In this document: positions 43,478-53,484 of the stretch, in pieces | Position numbering within the stretch: the first letter of the stretch is position 1 | Layout of the letters: each line of letters starts with the position of its first letter | Source of the DNA: a virus | Virus record (IMG/VR): IMGVR_UViG_3300044940_000144 | Coordinates: 11,958-75,957 of that record | Length of the DNA stretch: 64,000 nt | Reading direction: 5' to 3' (one strand) | Position numbers and translations under genes: made by a program | Notes under the pieces: generated by a model | What the model was told of the DNA's origin: nothing | Databases searched by the model: none | What the model saw: the letters and a program-made list of their open reading frames with translations, nothing else

Positions 43478-46296
43478 GCGTACATCCCGGTCATGTCCAC
43501 GTGCGGGGTGTTGGCGAGCCCCCTCTTGATGGCGTCCTCGATCTTGGCGACGAACGAGTCCATGTCGTCGCCCGACGAGATGGTGACATCACCGAAGTTG
43601 ATGGTAACGCTGGCACCACCGGTAGAGCTTGACGCACCGATGCGACGCAGGATTGATTCGCGCTGCTGGGCATATCCCGGCCCGAGCGGCACGATCGCCT
43701 CGGGGCCACGCTCGGCGAAAACCGCCAAGGACGGCGACGTGTAGATACCGCCGGTCGCTTTACGATCCGGTTTGGCGCTCTTGCCGAAAAACCAACCGCC
43801 TACGCTGCTCGTCGCGAAGTTGCTCAGGTTCTGGATGAGCAGCTGGACCGCGGATCTGGCCTTGCCGATGGCCCCGAGAACGTTCGCCTTCCACTCGCTC
43901 ATGTCCGGAGGACGCATTTTCCCGCTCAATATCTTGTTCAGGGCGTCAACCTTCTCCTTCGCGGTGAGGTTCGTGTTTTGGAGAACCTGGCTGATCTGCC
44001 TGGAGTACCTTCTCAGGTTGGGAGTGTTTTTGAGCGCCCTCCCAAGAGTCTCCACCAGATCCTTGGCAGGCGCCTTGGAGTCCTTGAGGACCTTCATCAT
44101 CAGCAAAAACTCGCGGCGCTGCCGGGCCGAGAGGTTCACGTTTCTCAGCAAAGCGATCCCCTGTGCCGACAGCTCAGTGCGCAGGTTGGCGATCTTCTTG
44201 TCGCCTTCTTTGCCCCCGAGCGCGTACCACGCCCCACCAAGGGCCTTTTTGCGCTCCTCAAGCTTCTGAAGCTGCTCCGCGGTGTGCATCATCGGGAGAA
44301 GGCTGACGCTATTGGCGAGCCTCGCCTCACGCACCGCCCGGCGGGAACGCGCACGTTGCCTGCTGCGGTCCTCCAGTGCATTCCGCAGATCCATTTCCGC
44401 CTGGCGCACATCAAGGCTTGCCTGTTTCCATTCGAACGTGCCCTTTTTGGCCTGGCGCAAGCGCAAGCGGGCCTGCTGCAGGTTCAGTTGTGCCTGATCC
44501 GCCGCCAGCTCGGAGCGCTCAAGTCCGCGGCGCGCCGCAGACAGATTGCGAGCCGCATCGGCGGCACGATCCATCGCTTCCTTGTTGCGCTTGAGCGCCG
44601 CAGTGTGGCGCTCTTCCTCGCTTACGCCGTTTTTCAGCCACTTGACGAGCCGGTAGATGCCGTACCCGAGCCCGACCGCCGCCGTGACGGCAAGCGCCAT
44701 CCACCCCGCGGGGTTGGTTGCCGCCGCGGCCAGAGAGGCGGTGCTGAACAGCCCCATCGACGTCGCCGCCCGTGCGAGCGCCGGGGCCAGATTGATCAGC
44801 AGCACCGCCGCCAGGGTCTTGATCCCGGCAGTGACGATGGGGAGGATCCCCATCGCCTTGAACGCAAGACCGAACCCGATGACCACCGCCGTGGCCTTGC
44901 GGATCGGGTAGGGCAGCGCGTTGAAAGCGCCCATGATCGCGTTGAGCGAGTCGATGATGAACCCCGCCACCTCGCGCCACGGGGGCAGGAACGTGATCGC
45001 CAGCTCGCCGATGTTGCGCATCGTCTCGTCCAGGCGCGGGCCGATCACCTGGTTGACGGCGACCGCGTAGTCGGCCAGGTATCCACCGGCGGTCCTCAGC
45101 GAGTCGATCACGGGCGCGATGTCCACCGACTTGCCGATGCGGATCAGCCCGTGCCAGGCATCCCGGATCAGGCCACCGATCAGCTTCAGCGTCGGGATCG
45201 TCCCGACGAACTTCTGGCGAAGCCCCTCGATGTTCTGCTCGGCCCGGTTGGCGATGCCATTGGTCCACGACTCGAAGATCTTCGCCATCCAGAGCCCGAG
45301 CGGCTGCGCAGCCAGCGTCACCGCCTGAAGCCACCGGAAAAGATTCCCGAACGAGTTGCCGATCGACTCCAGGATCGGCACCCATCCCACCATCAGGCGC
45401 CGCATCATGAGAATCTGGGTGGGGCGCTCAAAAAACTGGGCGATGGCGTTGCCCTGACGCTCGAACATGGCCGCGAACGGCTTGAAGGCCGGTGCGACTC
45501 CCCGGAGCGCAGCACGAGCCGACTTGACCATGTTCACCGAGAAGCTGCCGATGACCTCGCGCAAGGGGGCCGACGCCTTGGTCCACTCGGCAGCAAGAGC
45601 TTTTGTCTGGGCGATCAGCTGCCTTTGGATGGGAGAAAGCTTCTTCTGGGCCTCAGCCAGCTGCTCAAGCGCTTTTGCGCGCTCGGCGGCCGTGTCGGCC
45701 TCGGCCAGGGCTTTCTCGGCCTTTTTGATCTCCTGGTAGCCCTCGATGGTCTTTTTGAAGAACGGGATGGCCGTGCCGAGCATCAACCCGAACCCGCTTG
45801 CAACGGCCCCCATGATCGGCAGCAGCCCACCCATCGCCACGCCCAGCTGGGTGGCCAGCGGGATCGCCGCGCTCAGATAAGGGATCGCCAGCGAGGCCAT
45901 CCCGGTGACACCGATGGCTGCGGCCGAGATCGACGGTCGCACGACCATCGTCTTGTTCGCGCGCTCAAGCGCCCTTTGCTTGACGGCAAGGCCCGCCAGC
46001 GCCCGCTCGGCCGGGCGGGTGTTGGCATCGATGTGGATCGTCGCCCTGGACTTGTCGATCGCCTCGATTTCGGCTCTCACCCGGCGAAGATCGGCCTCGG
46101 CCTTTTTCGTCTGGGCATAGATCTTCGGGCTCGCAGTCGACCTGTCGAGCATCTGCAAGTGACGCTCAAGGTCGTTGACCTCGCGCGTGAGCTTTCTGAC
46201 GTCCCTTTCGGTCTTTCTCGTCTCCACCTGGACAGTCCGCAGCGGGCGCGAGAACTGGTCGTGGAGCTTGAGGAAGGCTTCGAGAACGTTCGCCAC
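43474..46296 (-). CDS. tape measure protein
   Basis: 940 aa helical and hydrophobic; ATGGI....ERGPEAIVPL. Confidence 0.9.
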   Translation of the reverse strand: MANVLEAFLKLHDQFSRPLRTVQVETRKTERDVRKLTREVNDLERHLQMLDRSTASPKIYAQTKKAEADLRRVRAEIEAIDKSRATIHIDANTRPAERALAGLAVKQRALERANKTMVVRPSISAAAIGVTGMASLAIPYLSAAIPLATQLGVAMGGLLPIMGAVASGFGLMLGTAIPFFKKTIEGYQEIKKAEKALAEADTAAERAKALEQLAEAQKKLSPIQRQLIAQTKALAAEWTKASAPLREVIGSFSVNMVKSARAALRGVAPAFKPFAAMFERQGNAIAQFFERPTQILMMRRLMVGWVPILESIGNSFGNLFRWLQAVTLAAQPLGLWMAKIFESWTNGIANRAEQNIEGLRQKFVGTIPTLKLIGGLIRDAWHGLIRIGKSVDIAPVIDSLRTAGGYLADYAVAVNQVIGPRLDETMRNIGELAITFLPPWREVAGFIIDSLNAIMGAFNALPYPIRKATAVVIGFGLAFKAMGILPIVTAGIKTLAAVLLINLAPALARAATSMGLFSTASLAAAATNPAGWMALAVTAAVGLGYGIYRLVKWLKNGVSEEERHTAALKRNKEAMDRAADAARNLSAARRGLERSELAADQAQLNLQQARLRLRQAKKGTFEWKQASLDVRQAEMDLRNALEDRSRQRARSRRAVREARLANSVSLLPMMHTAEQLQKLEERKKALGGAWYALGGKEGDKKIANLRTELSAQGIALLRNVNLSARQRREFLLMMKVLKDSKAPAKDLVETLGRALKNTPNLRRYSRQISQVLQNTNLTAKEKVDALNKILSGKMRPPDMSEWKANVLGAIGKARSAVQLLIQNLSNFATSSVGGWFFGKSAKPDRKATGGIYTSPSLAVFAERGPEAIVPLGPGYAQQRESILRRIGASSSTGGASVTINFGDVTISSGDDMDSFVAKIEDAIKRGLANTPHVDMTGMYA

Positions 46297-46299
46297 TGG

Positions 46300-46536
46300 C
46301 TATCCCAATACGGAGGGCTGCTGGCCCAATGATGCCTGGTATAGGCGTGCATCTTCAGCCCGCAGGTACAGGATCGCGGCGAAAATGAACGCGCGGGCAC
46401 GTGCGGGATTGGCGGGGGGCGGGATGCTGCCGTCGCTGCGCATGTAAGGCAGATTCCATAGCCGCAAGGGATCGACTCCGTATCGGATCCCCTGGGCCAG
46501 GATGGCGGCGTTGCCACCCGCCTCGATCAGTTTCCC
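46300..46536 (-). CDS. tail assembly chaperone, -1 frameshift extension
   Basis: Open -1 frame after slippery G GGA AAC (46530-46536), ending just before the tape measure gene. Confidence 0.75.
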   Translation of the reverse strand, partial: GKLIEAGGNAAILAQGIRYGVDPLRLWNLPYMRSDGSIPPPANPARARAFIFAAILYLRAEDARLYQASLGQQPSVLG

Positions 46537-46976
46537 GCGACTCTCACCGCGTCGTCGGACATGCCGGAGATCTCCATGACGATGTTGGCCAGCTTCGTGA
46601 TCTCCAGCGGACGCAGCACGGCGCGCAGCGCCATTTCCGCGTTCTGCCCGCACCCGAAGCGGGCGTGCAGCTTGTCGAGCACCGCCGGGTCGCGCAGGTT
46701 CGGATCGATCATCGCCATCGCCACGATGCGGGCCTGCTGGTCGATGGTGTTGACCGGAGCGCCCTCTGCTTTGCGCTCCTGGTCGGCCTCGTAGCGGCTC
46801 AGGATGTCGTTGATCTCCGACTCATCCAGCTCGCGGATGGTCACCGACACGCCCAAAGACTTGATGTGGACCTCACGCGTGTCCTTGGGGCGCTTCGGAT
46901 CGACCGACAAAAACGCATCGAGGGCCGTGACTTCCTTCTTGACGCGCTCGACGACATCGTCGGTCCTGGTGGTCAT
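46527..46976 (-). CDS. tail assembly chaperone (XkdN-like)
   Basis: Between tube and tape measure; P.L.D...L...L.P.EI...I..ISG..GN. Confidence 0.85.
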   Translation of the reverse strand: MTTRTDDVVERVKKEVTALDAFLSVDPKRPKDTREVHIKSLGVSVTIRELDESEINDILSRYEADQERKAEGAPVNTIDQQARIVAMAMIDPNLRDPAVLDKLHARFGCGQNAEMALRAVLRPLEITKLANIVMEISGMSDDAVRVAGN

Positions 46977-47069
46977 ACTGCCCGCCTTTCTCAGAGGGAA
47001 AGCCCGTACGGGCCGATCATCTCACGATCAGCCCGTACAAGCATAGGATGCATGTCGGCGAGCAGGAGC

Positions 47070-47567
47070 CTACTGGGTGGGCGCCACCGGATAGTTCGGC
47101 GACCCGGCGATCATCGCCAGCTTCGTGATCCCGCGGAACGTGAAGGCCCAGTCGCGGTTGACCAGGTCGGTGAGCGAGTACCCGCCCTGCATCGACCAGA
47201 ACTTCACCCCGTCGAGCTGGACCTGCTCGACCCCGTAAGAGAGCGGGTCGTCCAGGGTGACGGAGATGGTGTGGTGCGGGCGCGGGTTCTGTCCTGCGTC
47301 GCGCATCGCGCGAAGCTCGGTGGCCGACTTGGACACATAGTCGAGGAACATCGACTCGAACGACGAGTACGCCTTGACCGTGCGCAGGGTGCCAGACCCG
47401 CGCACCTGGCCCTCGACGAAGCTGATCCAGGCACCGCCCGTGATCGGGACGTCCACCTGGTCGATCTCGACCGTAAACTCGATGCCGACGGCCTCGGCGA
47501 CCACGATGGAGTTGAGGCGGATCTCCCCCCATCGGCCGTGAACTCGCTTGACCTCCGGAACTGCCAT
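47070..47567 (-). CDS. tail tube protein (XkdM-like)
   Basis: G.WGE, GSGTL, LDDP...G.E...L..V.F. Confidence 0.88.
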   Translation of the reverse strand: MAVPEVKRVHGRWGEIRLNSIVVAEAVGIEFTVEIDQVDVPITGGAWISFVEGQVRGSGTLRTVKAYSSFESMFLDYVSKSATELRAMRDAGQNPRPHHTISVTLDDPLSYGVEQVQLDGVKFWSMQGGYSLTDLVNRDWAFTFRGITKLAMIAGSPNYPVAPTQ

Positions 47568-47580
47568 GGAGATCCCCTCC

Positions 47581-49026
47581 TTACGACGAGATCGTCATGC
47601 GCCCGAGGATCTGCTCGATTCCCGGCGCGATGGTCAGCTTGTAGATCAGGTGCAGCGACTCACCCGTGTTGTTGTAGGAGTCGTCGACATGGACCGACCC
47701 CGCACCGGGGGTGAGCACGTTGCGGGCCTCCAAGTCCTTGATCTTGGCGGCGTACAGACCGAGCAGCGCGTCACGGTCGTTGGGCGTGTTGACGAACTGC
47801 CCGGAGGAGATGATGGCCGTGCCGATCTCATCCAGCTCGCGGATGGACTGCTGGACCTTGCGCATGAACAGCAGGCTCGCGAACTGGGCCGGGTTGGATT
47901 CCGTAGGCGTGGTGAGCGTCGTCTGGCCGCGCTGAAGGCGAACCGCGACGCCATCCGACCAGAACGGAACCACCTTGGCGCGCACGGCGGACTCGACGGC
48001 CGACGCACTGGGCGGGCTCGTCATCGTCGCCTCGGGGATCTGGGCGAAGGTGATCGAGCGCTGGTATCCGCAGTTGGCGATGATGCCCGCCACCCGGGCC
48101 GTCATGGCGGCCGACGAGTAGCTGGTGCCGTCGATGTTGATGTCGCCGAAGATGTTGACGACGTACGGTGAGTCCATCGCCTGTGACCGGGCGATCGCAT
48201 CCGCCACGGTCTCGGATGCGGCACCGCCGACCACCAGGTGGAACAGGCGCCCTTCGGTGTTGAGCCGGTTCGCCCAGTCCTTGTAGGTGGCCCTGATGGT
48301 GTTGTCGGTGAGCCCGACCGGGGCGATCACGCTGAACTGCCCGGTCGCCTCGAAGGCGCTCATAGCCGCGACGTGCTCAGCGCTGGTCAGCGACGAGCCG
48401 GAGTTGCCGCCCGTCAACGACTGGGTAGTGACCGTCGCAAGCGCGACGCCATCGGTGACGACCGTGGCCGTGACCAAGTTGGACGTGGCGTTGATCGCCG
48501 CCGCCATCGCGGCAATCGAGGACTTGGCCAGGCGCACGTAGGACTCGCGCAAGACCGTGCCTTCGTAGATGAGGATGTCCAGGTGGGTCGTCTGGTCCGG
48601 CGGTGCCGACGTCTTGACCGTCACCTTGAAGTTGTTGCCGCGCGTGCCCGTGTACTTGGCGGTCAGCGTCAGCGCGTTGGCGGCGCTCGTGTTGTTGAGG
48701 ATGATCGACGCCTTCGCAGACGACGAGGTCGCCGCCCGGTACACCTTGACGACGCTCGCGCCGGAACGACCGGCGATGCCTTCGCCTCTCAGGGCCTGCT
48801 TGATCGCCCAGCTGGCGTTGCCGCCCGTGTGGAAGACCGCAGTCGCCGCAGTGTCCGAGTCGATATCGACGATCTGGTTTTCCGGACCCCAGTCCGCAGT
48901 CACGACAAGACCGACGACCCCGTTGGCATCAGCGGCGACACGCGGGGTGGCGACGGTGTCGATGTTGATGAAAACGCCCGACCGAACGGGAGGATCGGCC
49001 GAGTTCCACGTGCCTCCGTAGGCCAT
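47581..49026 (-). CDS. tail sheath protein (XkdK-like)
   Basis: GGTW....RSGVFIN, ADWGP, AKY.G.RGN, S.TF. Confidence 0.92.
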   Translation of the reverse strand: MAYGGTWNSADPPVRSGVFINIDTVATPRVAADANGVVGLVVTADWGPENQIVDIDSDTAATAVFHTGGNASWAIKQALRGEGIAGRSGASVVKVYRAATSSSAKASIILNNTSAANALTLTAKYTGTRGNNFKVTVKTSAPPDQTTHLDILIYEGTVLRESYVRLAKSSIAAMAAAINATSNLVTATVVTDGVALATVTTQSLTGGNSGSSLTSAEHVAAMSAFEATGQFSVIAPVGLTDNTIRATYKDWANRLNTEGRLFHLVVGGAASETVADAIARSQAMDSPYVVNIFGDINIDGTSYSSAAMTARVAGIIANCGYQRSITFAQIPEATMTSPPSASAVESAVRAKVVPFWSDGVAVRLQRGQTTLTTPTESNPAQFASLLFMRKVQQSIRELDEIGTAIISSGQFVNTPNDRDALLGLYAAKIKDLEARNVLTPGAGSVHVDDSYNNTGESLHLIYKLTIAPGIEQILGRMTISS

Positions 49027-49049
49027 ATCGCTTTACTCCCTCGGTGGTA

Positions 49050-49277
49050 TCAGCCCGCCTGACGGGTCATGAAAGCCTGTATCGCGACCTCGATTTGATC
49101 GCGGGTGTAGAGCTCGTCGGGGTTGATGGCGTTCTTGACCACCTCGGGTGGCAGACCGAACACCGCGTACGACGACTCCGCCCAACGATGCCCTGGAAGC
49201 GCGTCGTCGGCAGGCTCCGGAGCCTCGGCGTCTGCGAGAGGCTCTTCGTCCTGCGTGTTCCTGCGCGTCGGACTCAT
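49050..49277 (-). CDS. YqzN/YkzM-like small protein
   Basis: FG..PEV...A.....YT......I..F; directly before the sheath gene. Confidence 0.65.
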   Translation of the reverse strand: MSPTRRNTQDEEPLADAEAPEPADDALPGHRWAESSYAVFGLPPEVVKNAINPDELYTRDQIEVAIQAFMTRQAG

Positions 49278-49831
49278 TCGATCTCCGTCTTTTTGGCGAT
49301 GCTGGTGACGATGCTGGGACTCGGAAGATCAACCGGAGTGCCCGTCTGGTACAGGGTAGCCTCACCGAGGCGCACGGAATAGCGCAGTGTGACGGGAACC
49401 ATCCACTTATTGTCGATATCCGGCATCAGGTCGCCCGACACGCTGCCCGGGCTGACTTCGATCCCATGGTTGGTGTTGACCAGGTTCGGGGCTTGCGAGA
49501 AGTCGTAGATCGTAATGACTCCGCCGCCGAGTGCGCCCTCGCCGCGCGACAGGACGCGCATCAGCCACGACTGCATCTGGCGCGCTTCGGCCTCGTCGGT
49601 TGCACCGTACCAGGTGCACGACAAAGCACGGGTCTTGTCGATCAGCCTCCGGCCGATGGTGTTCTCAGATGCATCGACGATCCGCAAAACGATCGAAGGG
49701 CGCAAGAACGCTCCCTCGCCGCGGTTGATCCGCACTTCTTCTGGGCAGTCGGGAAATAAGCGCAAGAATCGGCGGACAGAGCGAAGCTCATGCTCGATGT
49801 CGTGCTGAGGCCAGGGGCGCAGGATGCCCAA
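49274..49831 (-). CDS. tail terminator / completion protein
   Basis: Position between neck and sheath; F.RPS motif. Confidence 0.6.
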   Translation of the reverse strand: MGILRPWPQHDIEHELRSVRRFLRLFPDCPEEVRINRGEGAFLRPSIVLRIVDASENTIGRRLIDKTRALSCTWYGATDEAEARQMQSWLMRVLSRGEGALGGGVITIYDFSQAPNLVNTNHGIEVSPGSVSGDLMPDIDNKWMVPVTLRYSVRLGEATLYQTGTPVDLPSPSIVTSIAKKTEIE

Positions 49832-49947
49832 TCGTCGTCACCGTCTTCTCATAAGGGTGCGGTCGTAAAACACGCGCCCGTCGTCTGCGATGATCACGTC
49901 CGGACAGTCACTGACGTCGCAAGGGATCCAGTACATCATGGGGGGGG

Positions 49948-50832
49948 TCACTTCCCCTTCTCCAGGAACTGGCTGAACAGCAGGCGATTCATCACCTTCA
50001 GCGGGCCGCCGGGCTTCTTTGCGGCCACCAGGACGGGATTTTTTTTCGTGTTCCATAGCTCGATCTCCACGTCGGTCATTGATGCGATCTCTGGGAAGCT
50101 GCGTGCCACGCCGCGGTGCTTTTGGCGAATCAACTCGGCGGGGATCACGCGCCCGAAGTCTTCGCCGGGTGTCTTTGCGCGCTCGTCCGCGCGCCTGATG
50201 GCTTCGTCGACGTCGACGTCGGCATAGACGATCTTCACGCGGCGCCCCGCGGCAAGTTCGTCGTTGATCCTGCGGACGAACAATCCATCTTTGTTGTCGC
50301 CGCATTGATCGACGATCATGTGGTAGCGGCCCTCACGCCCACGGGCGCGCAAGAGCTCCAAGACGTCGCTGGACTCGTCGTGCACAAAACCGGCGGCCTT
50401 GGGATCACCCGCCTCTTGCAACTTCTGGAACTCCGGGATCTTTTGCTTGATCTTGTCGGAATCGACCCTGACTGCACCGGGCGGGGCCTCCACGACGCCA
50501 TTTCTGATTAGCGAGCTTTTCCCGGATCCCGGTCCACCTGCGGTGAACAGCGTCATGGGCTCCCGCTGGCCGGGTGTTCCTGATACAAGGAACTCCGATA
50601 CCCATTTCTTGTGCATCTCGGCACGGCTGGGTCGGTAGGCGTAGCGGCCATCCAGGTCGTCGGAGACGTCATCATAGGTATAGACGCCGTCCGGGTCACC
50701 GATGACATGCGCTATCAGGGTGCTGGTTATCTTGCGCCAGCGTCCTCCGATCGGCGTCCCTTTTGGCCAGCGGGGCTGGTCGGGATCGAACTCGATGAAC
50801 CGCCTGGCTCGTAGGTACCAGCTACCAGCCAT
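49948..50832 (-). CDS. zeta-toxin-like P-loop kinase with shared N-terminal peptide
   Basis: GGPGSGKS, VDSD.IK, VHDESS, GR.IP...I...H. Confidence 0.85.
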   Translation of the reverse strand: MAGSWYLRARRFIEFDPDQPRWPKGTPIGGRWRKITSTLIAHVIGDPDGVYTYDDVSDDLDGRYAYRPSRAEMHKKWVSEFLVSGTPGQREPMTLFTAGGPGSGKSSLIRNGVVEAPPGAVRVDSDKIKQKIPEFQKLQEAGDPKAAGFVHDESSDVLELLRARGREGRYHMIVDQCGDNKDGLFVRRINDELAAGRRVKIVYADVDVDEAIRRADERAKTPGEDFGRVIPAELIRQKHRGVARSFPEIASMTDVEIELWNTKKNPVLVAAKKPGGPLKVMNRLLFSQFLEKGK

Positions 50833-51289
50833 GCTTTCTTACCCACTTGCGGATCTCGCGTTCGCCGATCCTCGGTAGCTCACGCTGAACCTGGGCGGTG
50901 GACTTTGTGAGCATGAACGCGCCTGTGGTTCCAGGATGCATGACGCGAGCGGCGAACACCAGGTGGCCGTCAACACGGAAGCGCAGCGCCTTGGCCTTCT
51001 TGGGCGTGATTACGTGCGGTGCCGTGTCGTACTCGACGAACTTTGCGTAGGGCACGCGGGTGTAGATCACCGTGTGTTGACCGGACCGCCGGACCTTCCA
51101 GGATCTACGCAAGCGCCCGGGACGGTGGTGGGGGTCATCGGGGTCGATGTCCGAGACCGGTGTAAGCTGCTTGACCAGCACCAGCCAGCGGCTGCCCACG
51201 GCCTTGTGGATGTTGCGGTCAAGCTCGGGGGCGGCGTTGGCCAGCCGCTGCAGCTTGGACGACAGCTCGCCCCTGACAAATGACGGCAC
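50822..51289 (-). CDS. HK97 gp10-family neck protein
   Basis: TPV...GRLRRSW, YA.FVEY.T, HPGT.G.FML. Confidence 0.85.
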   Translation of the reverse strand: MPSFVRGELSSKLQRLANAAPELDRNIHKAVGSRWLVLVKQLTPVSDIDPDDPHHRPGRLRRSWKVRRSGQHTVIYTRVPYAKFVEYDTAPHVITPKKAKALRFRVDGHLVFAARVMHPGTTGAFMLTKSTAQVQRELPRIGEREIRKWVRKHGW

Positions 51290-51290
51290 G

Positions 51291-51692
51291 TCACCACTCC
51301 GTGCGTCGCACGACGGTGGCCACCAAGAGCAGATACGCGCCAACGCCATTGCGAGGCGTCATGACCGACAGGACCTCCCAGATTCCCTCGGGAGTGTAGT
51401 CCGGTCCTGGCCCCGACTCGATCTCCAGGCGATCCTGTTCGCGCAAGATCACCTTTTCGCCCGTGAGGTCGGTGAGCTTGGCTGTCAGCTGGCGCCGGTC
51501 GGTCAGCTCGTTTTTGTCCTCTTGACGCGACTCGACCGACTCGTTGGGTGGCAGGCGGCACTTGAACCACGGACCAGTGGTCTCGACGATCTGCGTCTCG
51601 CCCTCGATGCGCGGGCCGTGGTCGCGACGGATGACCCGGGCTCGGTCGATCCAGACGCTTAGATCAAGCGGTGGATCAAGTCGGCTCCACAT
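51291..51692 (-). CDS. head closure protein
   Basis: Position; beta-rich, 133 aa. Confidence 0.6.
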   Translation of the reverse strand: MWSRLDPPLDLSVWIDRARVIRRDHGPRIEGETQIVETTGPWFKCRLPPNESVESRQEDKNELTDRRQLTAKLTDLTGEKVILREQDRLEIESGPGPDYTPEGIWEVLSVMTPRNGVGAYLLLVATVVRRTEW

Positions 51693-52014
51693 CTAAGGCC
51701 TCGGCTTTGCCGTCGAGCACCTGCTGGGCGCGGGCGCGCAGGTCGTCGGGCATCGCCAGGGCGGCCCGCAACTTCATGAACTCACGCAAGGCCTCAGGGG
51801 TGCCTCCGATCGTGATGTAAAAGGAGGACCACCTGCGCGGAAGCTCCCAGGTGCGGCCCTTGATCCAGTCGGCGTTGTCGCCCTCGTCGATGTAGAGAAT
51901 CTCTTTCTGGGTCATTCTCCTGACCTTTCCAGTATGCAGGACTGCCTTCGCAAGCTCGATGGCATCGCCAATGGCGCTCGCCAAGGCCAGCGCCTGGGGG
52001 CCCGTGAACGTCAT
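51676..52014 (-). CDS. hypothetical protein after the ART pair (possible partner/immunity protein)
   Basis: NADWIK..TW.LP motif; start chosen after the upstream stop. Confidence 0.55.
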   Translation of the reverse strand: MTFTGPQALALASAIGDAIELAKAVLHTGKVRRMTQKEILYIDEGDNADWIKGRTWELPRRWSSFYITIGGTPEALREFMKLRAALAMPDDLRARAQQVLDGKAEALDVEPT

Positions 52015-52028
52015 GTCCGCGACATCAT

Positions 52029-53471
52029 TCAGTGGAGATATCCCGCGAACTTCCCAGGATCTATGAGGTTGACTTTGGCAGGACCACTGCCCAGGACGAG
52101 CACCTCGTACTGTCCGAGGTACCCCATGCCGGAGAGCGACCAAGAGAAGATCCGCTCGCGCGGCACCCGGGCAATCGCCACATATTTCTCGGCCTCGGTC
52201 GGCGTTTCCACAGCGAACTTGAATGCGGTACGTCCATCTGAAGTCCACGACGTCAGTGGGTTCAAGACGACCTGGTGCTCTCCGGCCTTGAAGACGCCGT
52301 GAGCGCCCAACCCGCGGTACATCAAAAACGAATCCCCTGGGGGAAGCTGTTCTTGAGTGCGGCGGTAGATGATCCGCAGCATGTCCTGAAGAACACGATT
52401 GCGCGGCCCGTAGATCTTTTCGTCGGAGACCCGCTCCCAGTTCGCAGACGCCGCGTTCGCCGCGACACCGGAAGCGCGCTTGGGGTCCCGCTTCGGTAGC
52501 TCAGGCAACCCGAAAGTGCGCCGCGCTCCCTCATGGACCCACCAGGCATTATGTGATCTGCCTGACGAATCCTGCTCCCAGTGGGACACCAACCAGTCGG
52601 ACAAAAGAAGCGACAGCCACTTAGGGTCTCGCAGCTTCTCATTGATTACCCGGGAAACAGCTTTACGCGCCGTCTGCTTGAAGTCCGCCAACGCTTCCCG
52701 GGCCTCACTGCTTGCAGCTTCGATCTGAGCTGGTGTTAGTTTCGATAGGTACCTCGCATTTTCTACGTACAGCGTGTGGTTTTCGTCGAGCCTTTTCCCG
52801 ATTACATATGTTGGGGAACCGGCACCTTGCATGAGGTCGGACCAACCGGGTGCTTTAGGGTCAAGGACTCTCCATGCGTCAGACAGGCGCTTCGCCTTTG
52901 CTTCGATCTCAGCCTTTTCGCCGGGCTTCAGGTCTTTGAGCAATCTCGTTGTTTTGCCGTCTCTGCCCCGGAAGATTTCTGGGTTACGTCCGAAGAACTC
53001 CCACACCGATGACGATGTGCGCAGAGTTATTCCGCCGAACTCATCGTACTTTGCATCGGTACCCCAGAACCCATCCATCTCGATCATGCCGTCGTCTACG
53101 CCCCAGGTGATCTTCACGCCCTTGTCCGGGTGAGAGGCCACCCAATCAGTCAACGCACGCATGCTTTCGGTGCCTTGCAGGTCTTTGGCGATTCCCGCGG
53201 TCGCTTGGTGCCTGGAGCGCATGATGGCATCTCTTGCCAACACCTTGGCTTGCATTTTCATAAGCGGGTGGTTTACGCCGAAGGCGCGCTCTTGCACCAG
53301 ATCAGATAGATCAGCAGGAGTGATCTCACCGAGCACACCGCCCAGCTTGCGCCAGCGGCCACCGAAGGGGGTTCCTTTGGGCCAGCGAGGCTGGTCGGGG
53401 TCGAACTCGATAAGGCGCTGCTGGCTGCGAAGATGCCAGGAGCCCGTAGGAATGGGATTACTCTTCGGCAT
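52029..53471 (-). CDS. ADP-ribosyltransferase-like effector with shared N-terminal peptide
   Basis: MYRG, LTSWT, QYEVLV (R-S-E). Confidence 0.7.
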   Translation of the reverse strand: MPKSNPIPTGSWHLRSQQRLIEFDPDQPRWPKGTPFGGRWRKLGGVLGEITPADLSDLVQERAFGVNHPLMKMQAKVLARDAIMRSRHQATAGIAKDLQGTESMRALTDWVASHPDKGVKITWGVDDGMIEMDGFWGTDAKYDEFGGITLRTSSSVWEFFGRNPEIFRGRDGKTTRLLKDLKPGEKAEIEAKAKRLSDAWRVLDPKAPGWSDLMQGAGSPTYVIGKRLDENHTLYVENARYLSKLTPAQIEAASSEAREALADFKQTARKAVSRVINEKLRDPKWLSLLLSDWLVSHWEQDSSGRSHNAWWVHEGARRTFGLPELPKRDPKRASGVAANAASANWERVSDEKIYGPRNRVLQDMLRIIYRRTQEQLPPGDSFLMYRGLGAHGVFKAGEHQVVLNPLTSWTSDGRTAFKFAVETPTEAEKYVAIARVPRERIFSWSLSGMGYLGQYEVLVLGSGPAKVNLIDPGKFAGYLH

Positions 53472-53484
53472 TTCCGAAATGAGA

